A stretch of 64,000 nt of DNA from Felis catus (GCF_018350175.1 NC_058368.1:16494001-16558000), one strand, 5' to 3'. Positions 26,851 through 39,955 are shown, counted from the stretch's first letter. Notes: generated by a model not told the origin, from the letters alone. Numbers and translations are program-made.

Positions 26851-27335
26851 TTTTTATAATTATTATTTTTATTTTCACCATCATCATTCAGACTATCTCA
26901 AAGTTCATTGCCAGCTATGAACCTGGCATAGGTACACATGGGTATGTACTATGGGTACATACTGGGAACGTCTTTCCCTCTTTTGTAAAATGAAGTGATT
27001 GGGTTAGATAATCTCCAAGATCTCTCAAAGTTATAAAATCTGATATTCTTTTTAGTAGAGCTCTAAAACAAATTTCTTCAACTGAAGTACTCCAGGCTTA
27101 ACTGTTGAACTAATCAGTAATGTTTAGGAAAATTTTTTTTTTCCCAAAGAAGGGAAAAATATAATAAACATATTAGTGAACCTGGGAGACTCTCATATAT
27201 TAAATATCATGTAATCATTAGTATTTAAGGACATTAATTTAAATCTCCTGAAACCCAGTTTGGCACAGTAGAGTTCAAAACCTAACATACGATATACAAC
27301 CACAGGCATTTTCTAACTTTCCACTTCCTCTAAGT

Positions 27336-27523
27336 CAGTGGTTCTTACAGTGCTGTCTCCAGACCAGCAGCATTACTATCACCTGAGTACTTGTTGGAAA
27401 TATAAGTTCCAGGGTCTCATTCCAGACCTGCTGGATCAGAGACTCTTGGGGTGGGATCCAGCAGTCTGTGTTTTATTAAACCCTTCCACTGATTCTAATG
27501 ATGCTGAATACTGAGAACCACTT
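27336..27523. mobile_element. MER5A (hAT-Charlie) non-autonomous DNA transposon
   Basis: TIRs cagtggttct ... agaaccact; internal ccagaccagcagcatt...ggatcagagactct; about 188 bp; taagt on both flanks. Confidence 0.85.
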
Positions 27524-28189
27524 TGTAAGTGAAGAATGGAAGAGAAAGCTCTCTTTCTGATAAACGTTTACTGAAGCAGTTGAAAGTGTAATTGAGTGTG
27601 GCCTTGAATCTGGCCTTAGATGACGTCAAAGAGAAAGGTCTGCTAGAAATAATTAAAAGTCAAGTAACCAATCAATTGGCTCAAAACGGGGCTAAAAAGT
27701 CACTCTCAATTATTCCCTGCAGAGAAGTAAGGTACTCAGAAGGTTAAAGAAAAGTCCAATAAAATTACCAGAGAATATCAGAGTAATTGTAGCAAGGGAG
27801 CAGTCTACATGAGAACACATAACGTTCCATCTTCTTGCTTAGTGTAGAGAACCACACATTCTCTATGCTGTCTACTAGATGAAAGAAATTAAGTATTGCT
27901 CTTTATACTTTGTGATAATAAAATAAAAACAAAACACTAGAACTCAATACCCTGGTTAATGTTGGTCTACATTAAATATGGAAGGAAATATTTAATGATC
28001 TGTGCCCATCTATTTATCTAGCACAACTGAAACATCTTCATTAGATGCTGCATTGAGACAATCTTTTAACAGGCTAATAACCACAAGCATTTAAACAATT
28101 TATAAAGGCAAGAAGAGAAAATCAATGTCAGAGCGATAGGAAGAGAGATGACTTTATTTGTCTCAATGTCCTCACTATTATCTATGTAT

Positions 28190-28650
28190 CAACCCTAGAC
28201 CACTTTCTTAAGTCCAAAATTTCAAATTGCCTCCTAGATGTCAATTTCAAGAAAATAAAAACCGAGTATATCCAATCAGGTTCCATAGACTATGTCCCAT
28301 AGTCTCTATCCCAGTGAATGCTGTTAACTTTTCCCAGGTATATATCCTTGAACACCCTTCCTCCTTCTTCTTCAGGCCCTTCTCCTGCCCCCTTATGCCC
28401 TCTACCCACTAATAGTTTGTATTTACCAAATCCAGTCAGTAGAATTCATCATTACCTGAGGATTTATTCCTCCTTCATCTTTTCCATTGTGATGATCTTT
28501 TTTTCATATCCCCGTGATATTTTCCTGTTTCTTTTCACAACTAGATCTTAAGACTCCAAAGAACGGGGACAATGTCTGCTCCCTAGCGCCCAGGACAACA
28601 ACACCAGGCAGAGTAGGCGTATGCAAATTATAAATTGTTCCCTGGTGAAT
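28190..28650 (+). mobile_element. L2 fragments
   Basis: ctagatcttaagactcca...gggacaatgtctg...ccctagcgcc-type L2 3' motifs. Confidence 0.5.
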
Positions 28651-30816
28651 GTACACAAACTAATCTAAAAATCTCATGGCCCCTATGACTTCAGGACGCC
28701 ATCACACACTGCATCTTGTTCCAGAGAAAGAAATTAATCTGTGAAAAACTTACAAAAGAAGAATATATTTCCTAATCCACATCTGTCACATTTTAAGTTC
28801 TTAAGTAAGTGTTCTAATAATCACATTTGTATAATTTTTATATTATATCCTCTTTCTTGACCCATTTTAGGACAAATTTATCTTTTTTTGCCTAGTTGGA
28901 TACTATTGTTTTCAATAGTATTAACATTTGGCTTTAGTGACCTCAACAGAATTAATGGCAATATGTTCCAGAGTCTTCGGGGGGATAACCATGAGACTAG
29001 AAATTAGACAGATTATAATGATACACAAAATGGCTTACAACAATCATAAGAATCATCTAAGCAATTACAATTTATAAGAGAAAGGATTCCTGTCAAGAAC
29101 ATATTTGCTGCATACAACACACTGATTTATGGAGGCTGTTATTCCAAAAGATGTTGGCTGTACCTAAGAGATGTAGTATCTAAGTAAATCACAGATAAAC
29201 AGCCAAGCTCTAAAGGGATTTACTATCCCCAACCCCCAGCCTGGACAACATCTTTTGCGTGCTACATTGTATACATTTTATGTTCTCACAACCTCACTTT
29301 CATTGTACAATGTACCAGGAACTCTAGGGGTAGGTTGGATTTGCTCTTTCAAAATTACAAAGTTCAAACAAAAAGATACAATTTTTTTGTTTATTCTCAG
29401 TGCCTTCACCCAGGAGGAATTCTAGAATGCACAAATAGAAAAGGAAAATTCTTGGCCAGCAAACAGATACAAGAGAAATCTTCCAGAAACACATGGCCTG
29501 GGATATTTCTGACTCCTGGCACACTGCAAACCTTTACTGCCTTTTGTTAATAATCAGGGTTCAGATCAAGTGCCTGGAAGGAGCCAGGACCTACTTGTGA
29601 GACTAGTTTAGCTCAGAAGTTGAACATCTTCCAACAAACACTCTCATAATAGCAGATATCTTCTCCAGACACCAAATTACTCTGGCCAGAACAAATGTCA
29701 TTTGCTAAAGAGACACTGAAATGTATGGCCAGTGTTCTCTAAAAAACAGCACTAAGGTGATTTAGTAATAAATGTAAAGAATGCATTTAAGGACAATTTT
29801 GTTCAATAGATTTGTTGCAATTTACAACGATCCAAAAAAAAAAAAAAGTTAAACCATTAAAAAAAAAAAACGATCCAGACCACCGTCGTGACACCTCTCT
29901 TATGGTCGCCTATATAGACCAAAAACAAGAGGGTGTACAATATAAGGCCATTGTTATTAGAAACGATAGGCTATGATTGCAGAAGGAATTTCAAAATCAC
30001 AGGGTGACTGAAGAAGTAGCATCTGAACTTACACAGATGAAAACAGACTTCTACTCACTCCTAGTTGTGTCCTGCACTCTCTTAGTGGTAAAAACCTGGG
30101 ATATAACATATATCTTTAGGTGTTACCATTACCTGCCCACTTCTGTCCAGGTGAAAGGACAGACGAAAGGAGAGACGAAACAAGTGAATTTTCTACCAGT
30201 AAAATGTTAGCAGTATGATGGAAAGGGAACACACAAACAATTGGATATGAAACAGACAACAAAAAGCCAGTAACCCAACAAGCCGAGAAGTATTGTCCTT
30301 GTGGAGTGTGGCTTTATGAAGCTTAGGTTCAGCCGAGGGGAAGTGGTGGGCATGCATAAAAACGGACCATAGAACACAGCGAGACCTTTTTCCAGCCATG
30401 AAGTTTTCTGCAAATAATGGCGAGCATCCTGATAAAAGTCCTCCAGGAGAGCAGAAATAACAGTAGCCACAGCAGAACTTGCTTTAAAAGAATGTAACAT
30501 CTCCTAACAGTCTATCATTGGCAGAGCTTGTGCATTATCCAATACGGCAGAAATCGCTAGAGTGTAATAACACACGTTTTAAGATTTTACTTTAAAAGAC
30601 ACATTTTGAGTCACTACAGTTTGTGCAATGTCTTTGCAATTAGTTTATTAGACTTGATGCAGGAAAGTGAAGAGTTCAGTGTGAGAGGAAAAAGGATCAA
30701 ACAGACAATTCAGATACAGGGCAGTGACAAAGGGAAGAATCTAGACAGAGAAAAAGCAGATTTCTTGTTTCTGTCCATGATTTCTTCACTTCCTTAGCTG
30801 TTAAAACAAACAAACA

Positions 30817-31070
30817 GGGGCGCCTGGGTGGCACAGTCGGTTAAGCGTCCGACTTCAGCCAGGTCACGATCTCGCGGTCCGTGAGTTCAAGCCCCGCGTC
30901 AGGCTCTGGGCTGATGGCTCGGAGCCTGGAGCCTGTTTCTGATTCTGTGTCTCCCTCTCTCTCTGCCCCTCCCCCGTTCATGCTCTGTCTCTCTCTGTCC
31001 CAAAAATAAAAAAACAACAACAACAACAACAAAAAAAAACAAAACCCAAACAACAAAAAAATGGGAAGAT
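30817..31070 (+). mobile_element. Young felid Can-SINE with (CAA)n-converted tail
   Basis: Near-identical to copy at 52766; about 650 bp from the TRPC4 exon 2 donor. Confidence 0.93.
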
Positions 31071-31725
31071 AGGGGAAAAAAACACCCCACAAATTGTATG
31101 TAGAATTGTGTGCCTTTTTAGTTTATTTTCTACTGATGACACTAAGATATAGCTACACTTTGGCATTGGTAAATTTAATACAGTTAAGCCTATAGTCAGA
31201 GTTTAGTTATTTTCTAACAATCCTTTTTTTTTTAATTTGCCTCAATTTAAAAGAATCCACTAGAGTTTGCTAATGAACAGTATCAAAATTAAGTGATAGA
31301 ATTCACTTTTGCAGTAAGATGCAGAGTCCCAGAATAGGCAAACAAATTAAACAGGAAAAGAGCAAAAAGAATTCAGCCGGTTGCTGTAGAATGTTGAAAA
31401 ATGAAAGAGGAAAAATAGCCACACACACAGAGTGAGCCCCAACAGCATTCTAGGCTGAGCATTACATAGAAATGTTTCCAGTGTAAGGGAAGCCAACACA
31501 GGCCATTTTGTTTTGCTTTTGTTCTCACTCCAGGTCTGATTTGCCAAGCAGGGGGTGCAGGTGCTGGTAACTGTTGGTGGGTAGTAAGTGTGTATCTACC
31601 AGTAATTGTCTATCACAATAGTTCTGACTTCAACTCTTGTAATTCTTAAAATCTGGGGAGAATTTTAACATCCACAGAAACCTTCTGCAAGTAAAATATA
31701 TTAAAAATGGTGCTTTTGCACATAC

Positions 31726-32103
31726 CTGTTTTTCTCCACTGGGCTTTTTGTGATTCAGTAACAGCTCAACAGCTCCAACAACTTCTTTCCTAATAGCGTG
31801 TAATAGAGCATCTCCAACATAGACATTAAAGCTTAAAAGTAGTTCGATGAGCTCCAAGTTCTCATTTTCAATTGCAATGAGGAGAGCAGTTCTTCCAAGA
31901 GGATCAATGCAATTAATATTGATTTTAAAATAAATTTCGGCTTCCTCCAGGGATTTCTTGACACTTGCATAATCTCCCTTTTCCACAGCATTTAAGTAGG
32001 CTTTTTCTGATGGTGAGAGTTCGGATTCCGCTCGGACTATCCTTAGAGGGATGCGATCTCTGTAGGGGGCATTCACATTTCTTTTGTAATAGAACTGAGC
32101 CAT
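31726..32103 (-). CDS. TRPC4: Short transient receptor potential channel 4, first coding exon (aa 1-126, N-terminal ankyrin repeats); partial CDS, other exons outside window
   Basis: Translation [90 protein letters not shown]...HKKPSGEKQ matches the TRPC4 N-terminus as I recall it (TRPC5 starts MAQLYYKKVNYS). Similarity ends at CAG|GTATG donor (GT at 31725-31724). 378 nt, phase 0. Confidence 0.97.
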
Positions 32104-32130
32104 GTTTCATGCCATGCTATTTCCTTGTCT
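32104..32130 (-). other. TRPC4: 5'UTR portion of TRPC4 exon 2 (27 nt)
   Basis: Minus strand TTTGCACTTTCAG|AGACAAGGAAATAGCATGGCATGAAACATG; AG acceptor at 32132-32131. Confidence 0.85.
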
Positions 32131-32172
32131 CTGAAAGTGCAAACAGAACCCCAAAAAACACAAGGATTAGTG
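32131..32172 (-). promoter_or_regulatory. 3' splice site of intron 1: branch point and pyrimidine tract
   Basis: Minus strand CACTAAT (32172-32166; candidate branch A at 32167, 37 nt upstream of exon), then T-rich tract and TTTCAG. Confidence 0.7.
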
Positions 32173-34292
32173 CTAATACCCTTTTTAACCAGTATGTGTC
32201 ACACTTAACAACTAACTATAATGCCAATAACAACAATTATACCATCATTCTGTCATCAATTTTTTTCTCCTTAAACAATGGAAATAGGCTTAATAATTAT
32301 TCAGTTATCTAGAAATGCAAGTTACAAAGTCCTAGTCTAAAAGGAATAAAAAATTGGAAAAGTTACTTTAAAAGTGGCATCTGTCATGAGGAGGTACCTG
32401 TAATTTTTGGAAATTATTTACAAAATTTATCGTAAATATATACAGTTTTTAACAGAGAACCCTGAAACTTAAAGGTTGTATCTTTGAGGTCCTAAAAAGG
32501 AACCAGGAATATTCAAATGTATCATTCACTATCGATTTTGCTAAACATATAGAGGCTACTGAAATTATGAAATATCACTATCTTAGTAAAATGCTTTTCA
32601 TTTGTAATGTATCTATTCTTAATGTCATTAAGTACTGACATCAAAGTTAATATGAATTGATGATATCAATATCAATGAAATATCATACTGAGCCTGATGA
32701 CTATAACTGTTTATGCCCTTTGTAAGTGAATTCACTAGAGGGGAATGAATGTGTATTGATGACATTAATGATCAAGGTGAGTCTAAGCAATTTCCCAAAC
32801 GAAGAATTTAGAAATGTTCATGTAGAGAAAGTTTATTATGAAAATGCTATTTTCTTAATTCTATTACCTTGATATCATGAAACAATAAACCACAAGACAG
32901 AAATATTTTCATTATATAATGTATTATTTGGAAGTTATAGTAAAGGTACAGTTGAAGATGAAGGAATTATTTTAAATAAATAAAAGATCATCTTAAGATA
33001 GATTAACAAGAACGAAGTCACTAGCAATTATATTGATTTAGTATTATCCTACTGATACAAACTTGCAGAAAAATCTATTATGTTTTTAAAAAATTTTTAT
33101 TGCTATTAGCTCCTGATTTCATATTTATGATCTGAACTATTTTATTATTCTATGTCATTTATATTCAACCTACATGTTTATTTACATACATTTACTATTA
33201 AATTAAAATTAATGGGGGATTCTGGGTACCTGAACATGCATAGTCATCTTAATTGATCTTTTTAGACCTAATCATTTTATGAGTAAATTAACCTGATTTG
33301 AATAATACTTTAAAGGTAGATTAAACATGTATTGAATGAGCAAATGTGATTACATTTAATGGAATGTTTTCAATTTGGGAAATTATGCATCATTTGCATG
33401 CTACCTCAATTTAATAGGAATTTCCGTTATCAAGTAGTTAAGTTTCACTTTTTGATGTTTCAGATTATTAATCACAATTTCTCAAATATTGAGGTTCAGC
33501 ATATAATACACACAACTTTTATTTCCTAATTTGTTCCTTTCTGACATTAGGTTTAGTATCTTATTAAGGCCCTTTCATAGATGAAGCAAATGTAAGAATC
33601 TCATAAGCCAGAATATTTTTCTCAAATATTTCACATTTTATTAGCCTTGGTGTTTTAAATGTATAATGACCAACTATACAGCATAATATACACTCATTTC
33701 TGCAATTTCAGACAGGGGGTATTGTGAGTTCTTTAAATGGTAATGTTAATTTTTCAGAGGAAAATTTTCAACTCTATTACTTTTAGGTGTGCAAATTATA
33801 ATCAAGCTTCAAGCTTGGTATTTGGAGGTCCTCCAGTATTTGGAGATGTTTTAACTCACTAGAATCATGGGATAGAATTTATAAATTTATATTATGGGAT
33901 AACAAGGACAATTTAATTTTCTAGCATAAATAAAACTACAATCAATCCTACATATCTAATTATAACTTTCTGATCCCAAATGCCAGCACTTCCCTCCCAA
34001 TCCATGTTAGCATCAGTAAGAGTGTGTGGAATCAATGTCAATGGTTTTCACATTGTAATTTTACCAGGACTACAACATAAATGCTTCATAATGATAATAA
34101 GTGGCACTAATATTCCATTTCAATGCTCACTTTGTTTATTTGCTCACTTTGTTCTTACTCCAGACTCTTGGAAAAATACATAAACATTCCTGTTTAGAAC
34201 TGAATTCAAGCTTTGCCACCAATAGTTGTTTTGCTTAAGACTAATGTTTCAAAGTAACTTACCGAAAGTACAGGTTAAAAGAAGATATGAAA

Positions 34293-34295
<3 letters not shown>

Positions 34296-34328
<33 letters not shown>
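34296..34328. repeat. (CA)n microsatellite
   Basis: Direct inspection. Confidence 0.95.
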
Positions 34329-34330
<2 letters not shown>

Positions 34331-34459
34331 TGCAGAACTTTGTCTGAATTGTTACTCAGTCAAGATTAAAAATCACCCTAGAGAATGGAATATTTTTATT
34401 TTATTTTATTGCATGTACTCTATTTTATTAGTGATGATATCAAATAATTAGATAGTGGA

Positions 34460-34637
34460 GGGGCCTGGGTGGCTTAACAGCGAATGACTCTTGATTTGGA
34501 CTCAGGTCATCTCAAGGTTTGTGCAATCGAACCCTGCATCAGGCTCTGTGCTGACAGCATAGAGCTTGTTTGGGATTCTCTCTCTCTGCCTCTTTCTTTG
34601 TATCTCTCAAAATAAATAAATAAACATTACCAAAAAG
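34460..34637 (+). mobile_element. Can-SINE
   Basis: Diverged; aattagatag TSD. Confidence 0.85.
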
Positions 34638-36069
34638 AATTAGATAGCAAATAGCATTTGACTTCTCGCTTTTAAAGCACAGGATGGGGTGTGTTGGTGG
34701 TTTGGTGGTGAGCATAACTACCTCCCAAAGCTCAGGATGTCAGTGACAATGAAGAGACTGGTGAACAACAGAGAAGGTACTGGAGAAATTGGGGGAGAGG
34801 AGAACAGATAATGAGAAATTAGATTTATTAAAATCTATTTCATTTAATCCAGATAATTGCCATAAATGTAAACTCCATAAGGACGGGTTAAGACATGATA
34901 CTGCCCTGAAAGGAAGACATATTCTAGTGAATGAACACTGTGTTCAAAATGTGAACTAGGTATGAGACATTACATTTGGTTACCTGTTTCTCCATCCATA
35001 AAGGGGGGCAAACAACACTATCAAAGGAATGAGTGAGAAGAATCAGTGTCAGCGCTGAAAAAGATCTATTAACAGTATTGTCGTCTTTTAGTTTCTTGGA
35101 TTTGAAACAAATATAAGACCTCACATTGAGAAAGACAGATGGAACTTAAATATATTAAAATTTTAAATACATTCAATAAATGAAATTTAATGATTTACAA
35201 TGAATTGCAAAACACACACACATAAAACAATTCTGGTTAAGACTTTAGAAGAGAGGAAGATTATGTAACTTTTTGTTACGTAGACTTTAGACAAGTCTTG
35301 GATTATTTGAGTTGCAGGGATACTAATAAAAGGACAAAAATCAAGTTTAACTTTTGGAAACTGTGATAGACGGATGTAACAGTGAGTGTAAGGTGCTGAT
35401 AAGGCTGATGGAGTTCCTGAATTGACACATTTATCAGCTACTATGGAATTGCTACTGGATAGAAAATCTGTAAAAGAACAGGAGGCTCAGTACAGCAAAG
35501 ATCCTGACCTAAAGCGTGTGAATCAATGCCTGTTCCTGGTCTTGAACTTTCAGAACGAACTTTCTGGAAAGGAGAAGATGTTTTCCCCCATGAAATCACA
35601 GAACTGAACAGATTCTTTGATTTCAATGCCCCCTGTAGAACACACATTCCAGAAGTGAAATGAATGTTTCATTGTTATGTTTCAAAGACTCAGAAGAGAG
35701 ATGGGAAGTGATGGGGAAAAAACCCTCAAATTCTGCAATGTGAATTTTTAATTAACTGAAATTTTATTTTCTGTAAATGCGTTGGGAATTAAAACCATCA
35801 AAAAGGTAGATTGTCATCAATCCCAAGAGAAATTAAAAAAAAATGTCACTAGATATGAGAACCACAATTACCCAAGCAACATAATGATATACAGAAAAAG
35901 AAAAGTTCCAATATTTACATGGATCAGAAAGCATATTCCCTAGAGGATGGACTTAGTTGCTGGGTGGAAACAACAGTGCGCTTCCAAACAACACAAGGGA
36001 AAGAAAATATGCAGAATACAGAAATCTCCACTCTTGAGCAGAAATCATTAAAGTTAAAAGAAAAGTTCC

Positions 36070-36139
36070 ACATATATATATAAATTATATTTTTAAATTA
36101 TATATATTATATATGTATATATGCATATATACACATAAA

Positions 36140-36182
<43 letters not shown>
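36070..36182. repeat. (TA)n-rich microsatellite
   Basis: Direct inspection. Confidence 0.9.
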
Positions 36183-36188
<6 letters not shown>

Positions 36189-37292
36189 TTTTATTCCCTA
36201 GGTTACTGTCAAAGCATTCATGTTTACAGGTTGACTTCATCACACCATGAGAAATCTGACTCCCATTTTTTGTTAGGGTACTACTACATATATTTAAGTT
36301 GCTTTTGTACTTTTTCTGGACTCTGGTATGAAATAACATTTTCTCAGATAATTTACTGACATTTGATCCAATTCAGATTTTTATTTTTGGCTATTGGTAT
36401 AGTACATTATCTCTATAATCTTTGATATAATACACACTCCACATAAACACCAAATGCTCTAATCTTTGGTACCACTTTGAATTCCAGACCTGTTCCTACT
36501 GTCTTCAGGCAAGATACCACGTGAACATTTCAGTAGCTGTAAGTCTTGTACCAAAAGTGCCACATAATTCACTGAAATGTTTTGTGACTTAGCCTGACCA
36601 AAACCCAAGTGACTCTTGTTTTGATGTTGTAAAAGCACACTGACTACCAAATTCTTCTGAAAGGTTTTAAGGATATTTCTGTGAATTTCAAGAAGTTCAT
36701 GCTATATTACTTTATGAAAAGAAAAACACTTTACTAACTAAATATTACAACATCTTAAGATTTTAAAGGAGGAAGTTGGGATTATGCTTATGTTTAAAAT
36801 GGAAGCCCCTTATGATTTAACAAGTACCAAACTTAAAACTAAACCCTAAATATTCCTATTTAAAAACAAAAGAAAACAAAACAAAACAAAACAGTACCTA
36901 GGAGAATGCATTTGCAGGGCAAAAAAAAAGAAAGTTATTTATCTTGATTTTTATCTCATGGGATTTAGAAAACATGTTTAAGAAAGTATATATAGCTGTC
37001 AGAGTTTGAATTTCCACCCTGAGAGTTAGAATGTGCATTGATATATTCCTGTTTTTCCCTCCAATTTCAGAGGAAAGGATGCTCTCTCTCTCTCTTTGCT
37101 CAGGCTGCAAATCCCGCTGCCTGAGGAGTTTTCAGTCATTGCCACTTCTCTAAAACCTTACATCAGCCCCTTCCTTCTTTCAAACCTTAAACTTTTCTCT
37201 GCATACTGAACTCAGATATATACAGGTACCTAATTTTCAGAAAGGTATTTTTTAAAGTAGGTGTAAATGTTTTCTCTGTATTTATTTGTTAT

Positions 37293-37309
37293 TTTTTTTC
37301 ATTTTATTT

Positions 37310-37342
<33 letters not shown>

Positions 37343-37500
37343 CACAAGTGGGGGAGAGGAGCAGAGGGAGAGAGAGAGGGAATCCCAGACAGGCTCCACA
37401 CTCAGCGTGGAGTCTAATACAGGACTCGATCGGACAACCCTGGGATCATGACCTGAGCCGAAATCAAGGATGCTTGACAGACTGAACCAAGAGGCGCCCC
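37293..37500 (-). mobile_element. Can-SINE
   Basis: Head ends gaggcgcccc; (GA)n tract. Confidence 0.88.
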
Positions 37501-38050
37501 TTTCACATAGTTATTTTAAAATTCTAATTATCTTTGGCAATTATCTCTCTCTCATCTCTGATTTTCTTTATTTTATAAAGTTTAACCTTATCTCTCATTT
37601 ACTCATTTACTCTCCCTAAGATAGTACTTATTGCCATCATGGAATAAATATTTTCCTTAAAGTCAATCATGTCCTGCTAATTGCCAGATTCATTTTGATG
37701 CTTTTCAGGCCACATGATACTTGGCTTTCCAGCAGCCTTTCTAAATAAGATGTGCCTCCCCTTGAGTTCTCTGATGCTCTTCTGTAATGTTCTACCTTCT
37801 GCCTACACGTGATCTCTCTCCGTAGTCCCCCAGCTTGTTTTCCTTCCATCTAAAGCCTAAATGTTGTTAATACCAGGGTTCTGCCCAGGGCTCTTTTCTC
37901 CATTTGTCACTCTCATTAGCAATTTTCATCTGTTACTCATTATTCAAAATGTTCCATAAAACCCATATATGTTTTTAAAGTATGCTGTTATGTTTTCAGT
38001 ATGTTCTAAAATCCATGTTCCCAGGCCATACCTCTCTAAAGTTCTAGACA

Positions 38051-38165
38051 CATGCTGTCCAGTATGGTAGCCAGTAGTCACATGTGACTATTTAAATGTA
38101 AAGTGACTAACATTAAATCATATTAAGGATCATTTCTTAAATCTTACTGGCCATATTTCAACTGC
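38051..38165. mobile_element. MER3/MER33-like hAT fragment
   Basis: gctgtccagtatggtagccagtagtcacatgtgactatttaaat. Confidence 0.65.
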
Positions 38166-38699
38166 AGTATAGCATTTCCTGTGTGTAATGCTGACTGACT
38201 TTATCTCCTCATTATTATTGGCTACACCAATATCCTTCCAAATCATCTCACTGATGTTATTCTCGCATCCTCTCTAGCCTCCACAATGTCAGAGACCTAA
38301 TCATGCTAAAATGTAAATCTGATCAAGTCACTCTCTTACTTATAACTCATAAATGACTGATAATCATTCACAGGAAAACATACTAACTTATTACGGAATA
38401 TTGGACTCTCATGATCTGGTTTCTAAATGCCTTCTTGTATGTATTTCCCAAGACTGCTCTTGGAAATCCGTATTTCACATTGACAAACTACTTGGCTACT
38501 AAAGCTCTAGGCATTTTCTCATACTGTTCTTTACAACAGGAATACCTTTCCTTCCCTTGAGCGTCTGGTAACTCCTGCCAAGTTTTAAAAACTCCTGTGA
38601 AGTATCATAGCCTTGAGGATTTTTCTTCCCTTCCTCCTAAAGAAGGGTTATATGGCGTTTTTTATGGGTCTTTATAAACTCTGTGGACCTCTTAGATTT

Positions 38700-39300
38700 A
38701 GAACTTTTCTTATTTACTGTATAGAAGACATCCATATGTCAAACATTGGCAATACCATCGTGAATGAAAGCCAAAATCTTTGTACTCATAGAGCTTATGA
38801 TCCGTGGAAGAGGATCCACAGAAATTTAAAAAAGCAAAGGTGCAAACTGAATAATTACAATTTTGTTAAGGTTATAATGGAAATAAATGGTGAGAGGCTA
38901 TGGAGAAGCATGGCACAGGGGAAGAAGAGATGGAGAGTTGCATGAGGTAGGGTGGTCAAGGGTGGCCTCTCTGTGACATGAAAGATGATAAAATGCTAGC
39001 TAGATAAAATGTGAACAGTGCAGAGAAAACCATTACGTTAAAAGGATCTGAAAGTGAGAAGACGGTGAGGCAGGAGGAACATTTTAGTGTGTGGAAGAGG
39101 CCAGCTTGACTGGAGTATAGTGAGTAAAGGAGAGAATGGAGGAGGTGACTCTGCAGCCCACAGTGTGGGGTATGAATTTTGGAAAGCATTCTAAGCATAA
39201 TAAGTCACTGAAGGGCTTTGAGCTGGGGAGTGACTTGATCCAATTTCTGTTTTTAAAGGTCACTCTGGCTGCTAATTGATTCGGAATTGTGCAAGAGTGG
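38700..39300 (-). mobile_element. L2 fragment
   Basis: tagggtggtcaagggtggcctctctg; aagtcactgaagggctttgagc; ttttaaaggtcactctggctgct. Confidence 0.7.
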
Positions 39301-39895
39301 AAACTAAAAGATCATCTGCTAGTAAACCAAGTGAGTACCATCAAGAGTCTCTATCAGGAAAGAGTATATATTAACCTCTATGATTAAGAATGTGAAACTC
39401 TCGGACTCTGATCGTGGTATAATGCTGATGGGGAATTAAGTGTCTGCCCATATTTTATTGAGTTTACTCATATTATTACATTATTGAATATATTTTGAGT
39501 AATGTTACTCTAGCCGTCTTTCCCATATCTATATTTTTTTCTCATAATTTTATAGAATTTGAAGTTTTTCAGGAATACACCTGCCATTTGGTAACAGGGT
39601 TGCATATATACATATTGCTGTTACTACATCAGAAACATTTGTACTTCTTTCATTGTGTCAAAGATGTTGATACTTGGCGTGTTGACAATGAAAGTGTCAC
39701 ATGGTAAAAAAAAAAGAAACATTAAGAAGAAATGTGGGGAGAAACTATGCATGTTGCAAACACATAGTATGCAAATTTCAACAAAGAAAGACTAACTTAG
39801 TTTCAAAAATGACTTATTCAGCAGCAAAATGCATTCAAAGTACCCCACCACACTCAGATCCTGTAATCCATAGCTGACCTTTAATTTCTCAAATT

Positions 39896-39955
39896 GTGTG
39901 TGTGTACGTGTGTGTACGTGTGTGTGTACGTGTGTGTGTGTGTGTGTGTGCGCAT
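39896..39955. repeat. (TG)n with TAC interruptions
   Basis: Direct inspection. Confidence 0.9.

Noticed and set aside
1..31700. TRPC4 exon 3 (VPPILLDKQFSEFTPDITP...) and further exons
   Set aside because: Not found in the ORF track or on reading; presumably beyond the window start.
31630..31725. Last 31 codons (VCAKAPFL...NYKS) of the 157-aa ORF as part of TRPC4
   Set aside because: Read-through past a canonical GTATG donor; not TRPC4 sequence, and no evidence here for an intron-retaining isoform.
31965..32312. 115-aa + strand ORF antisense to exon 2
   Set aside because: Antisense shadow of the coding exon plus intron; no supporting signals.
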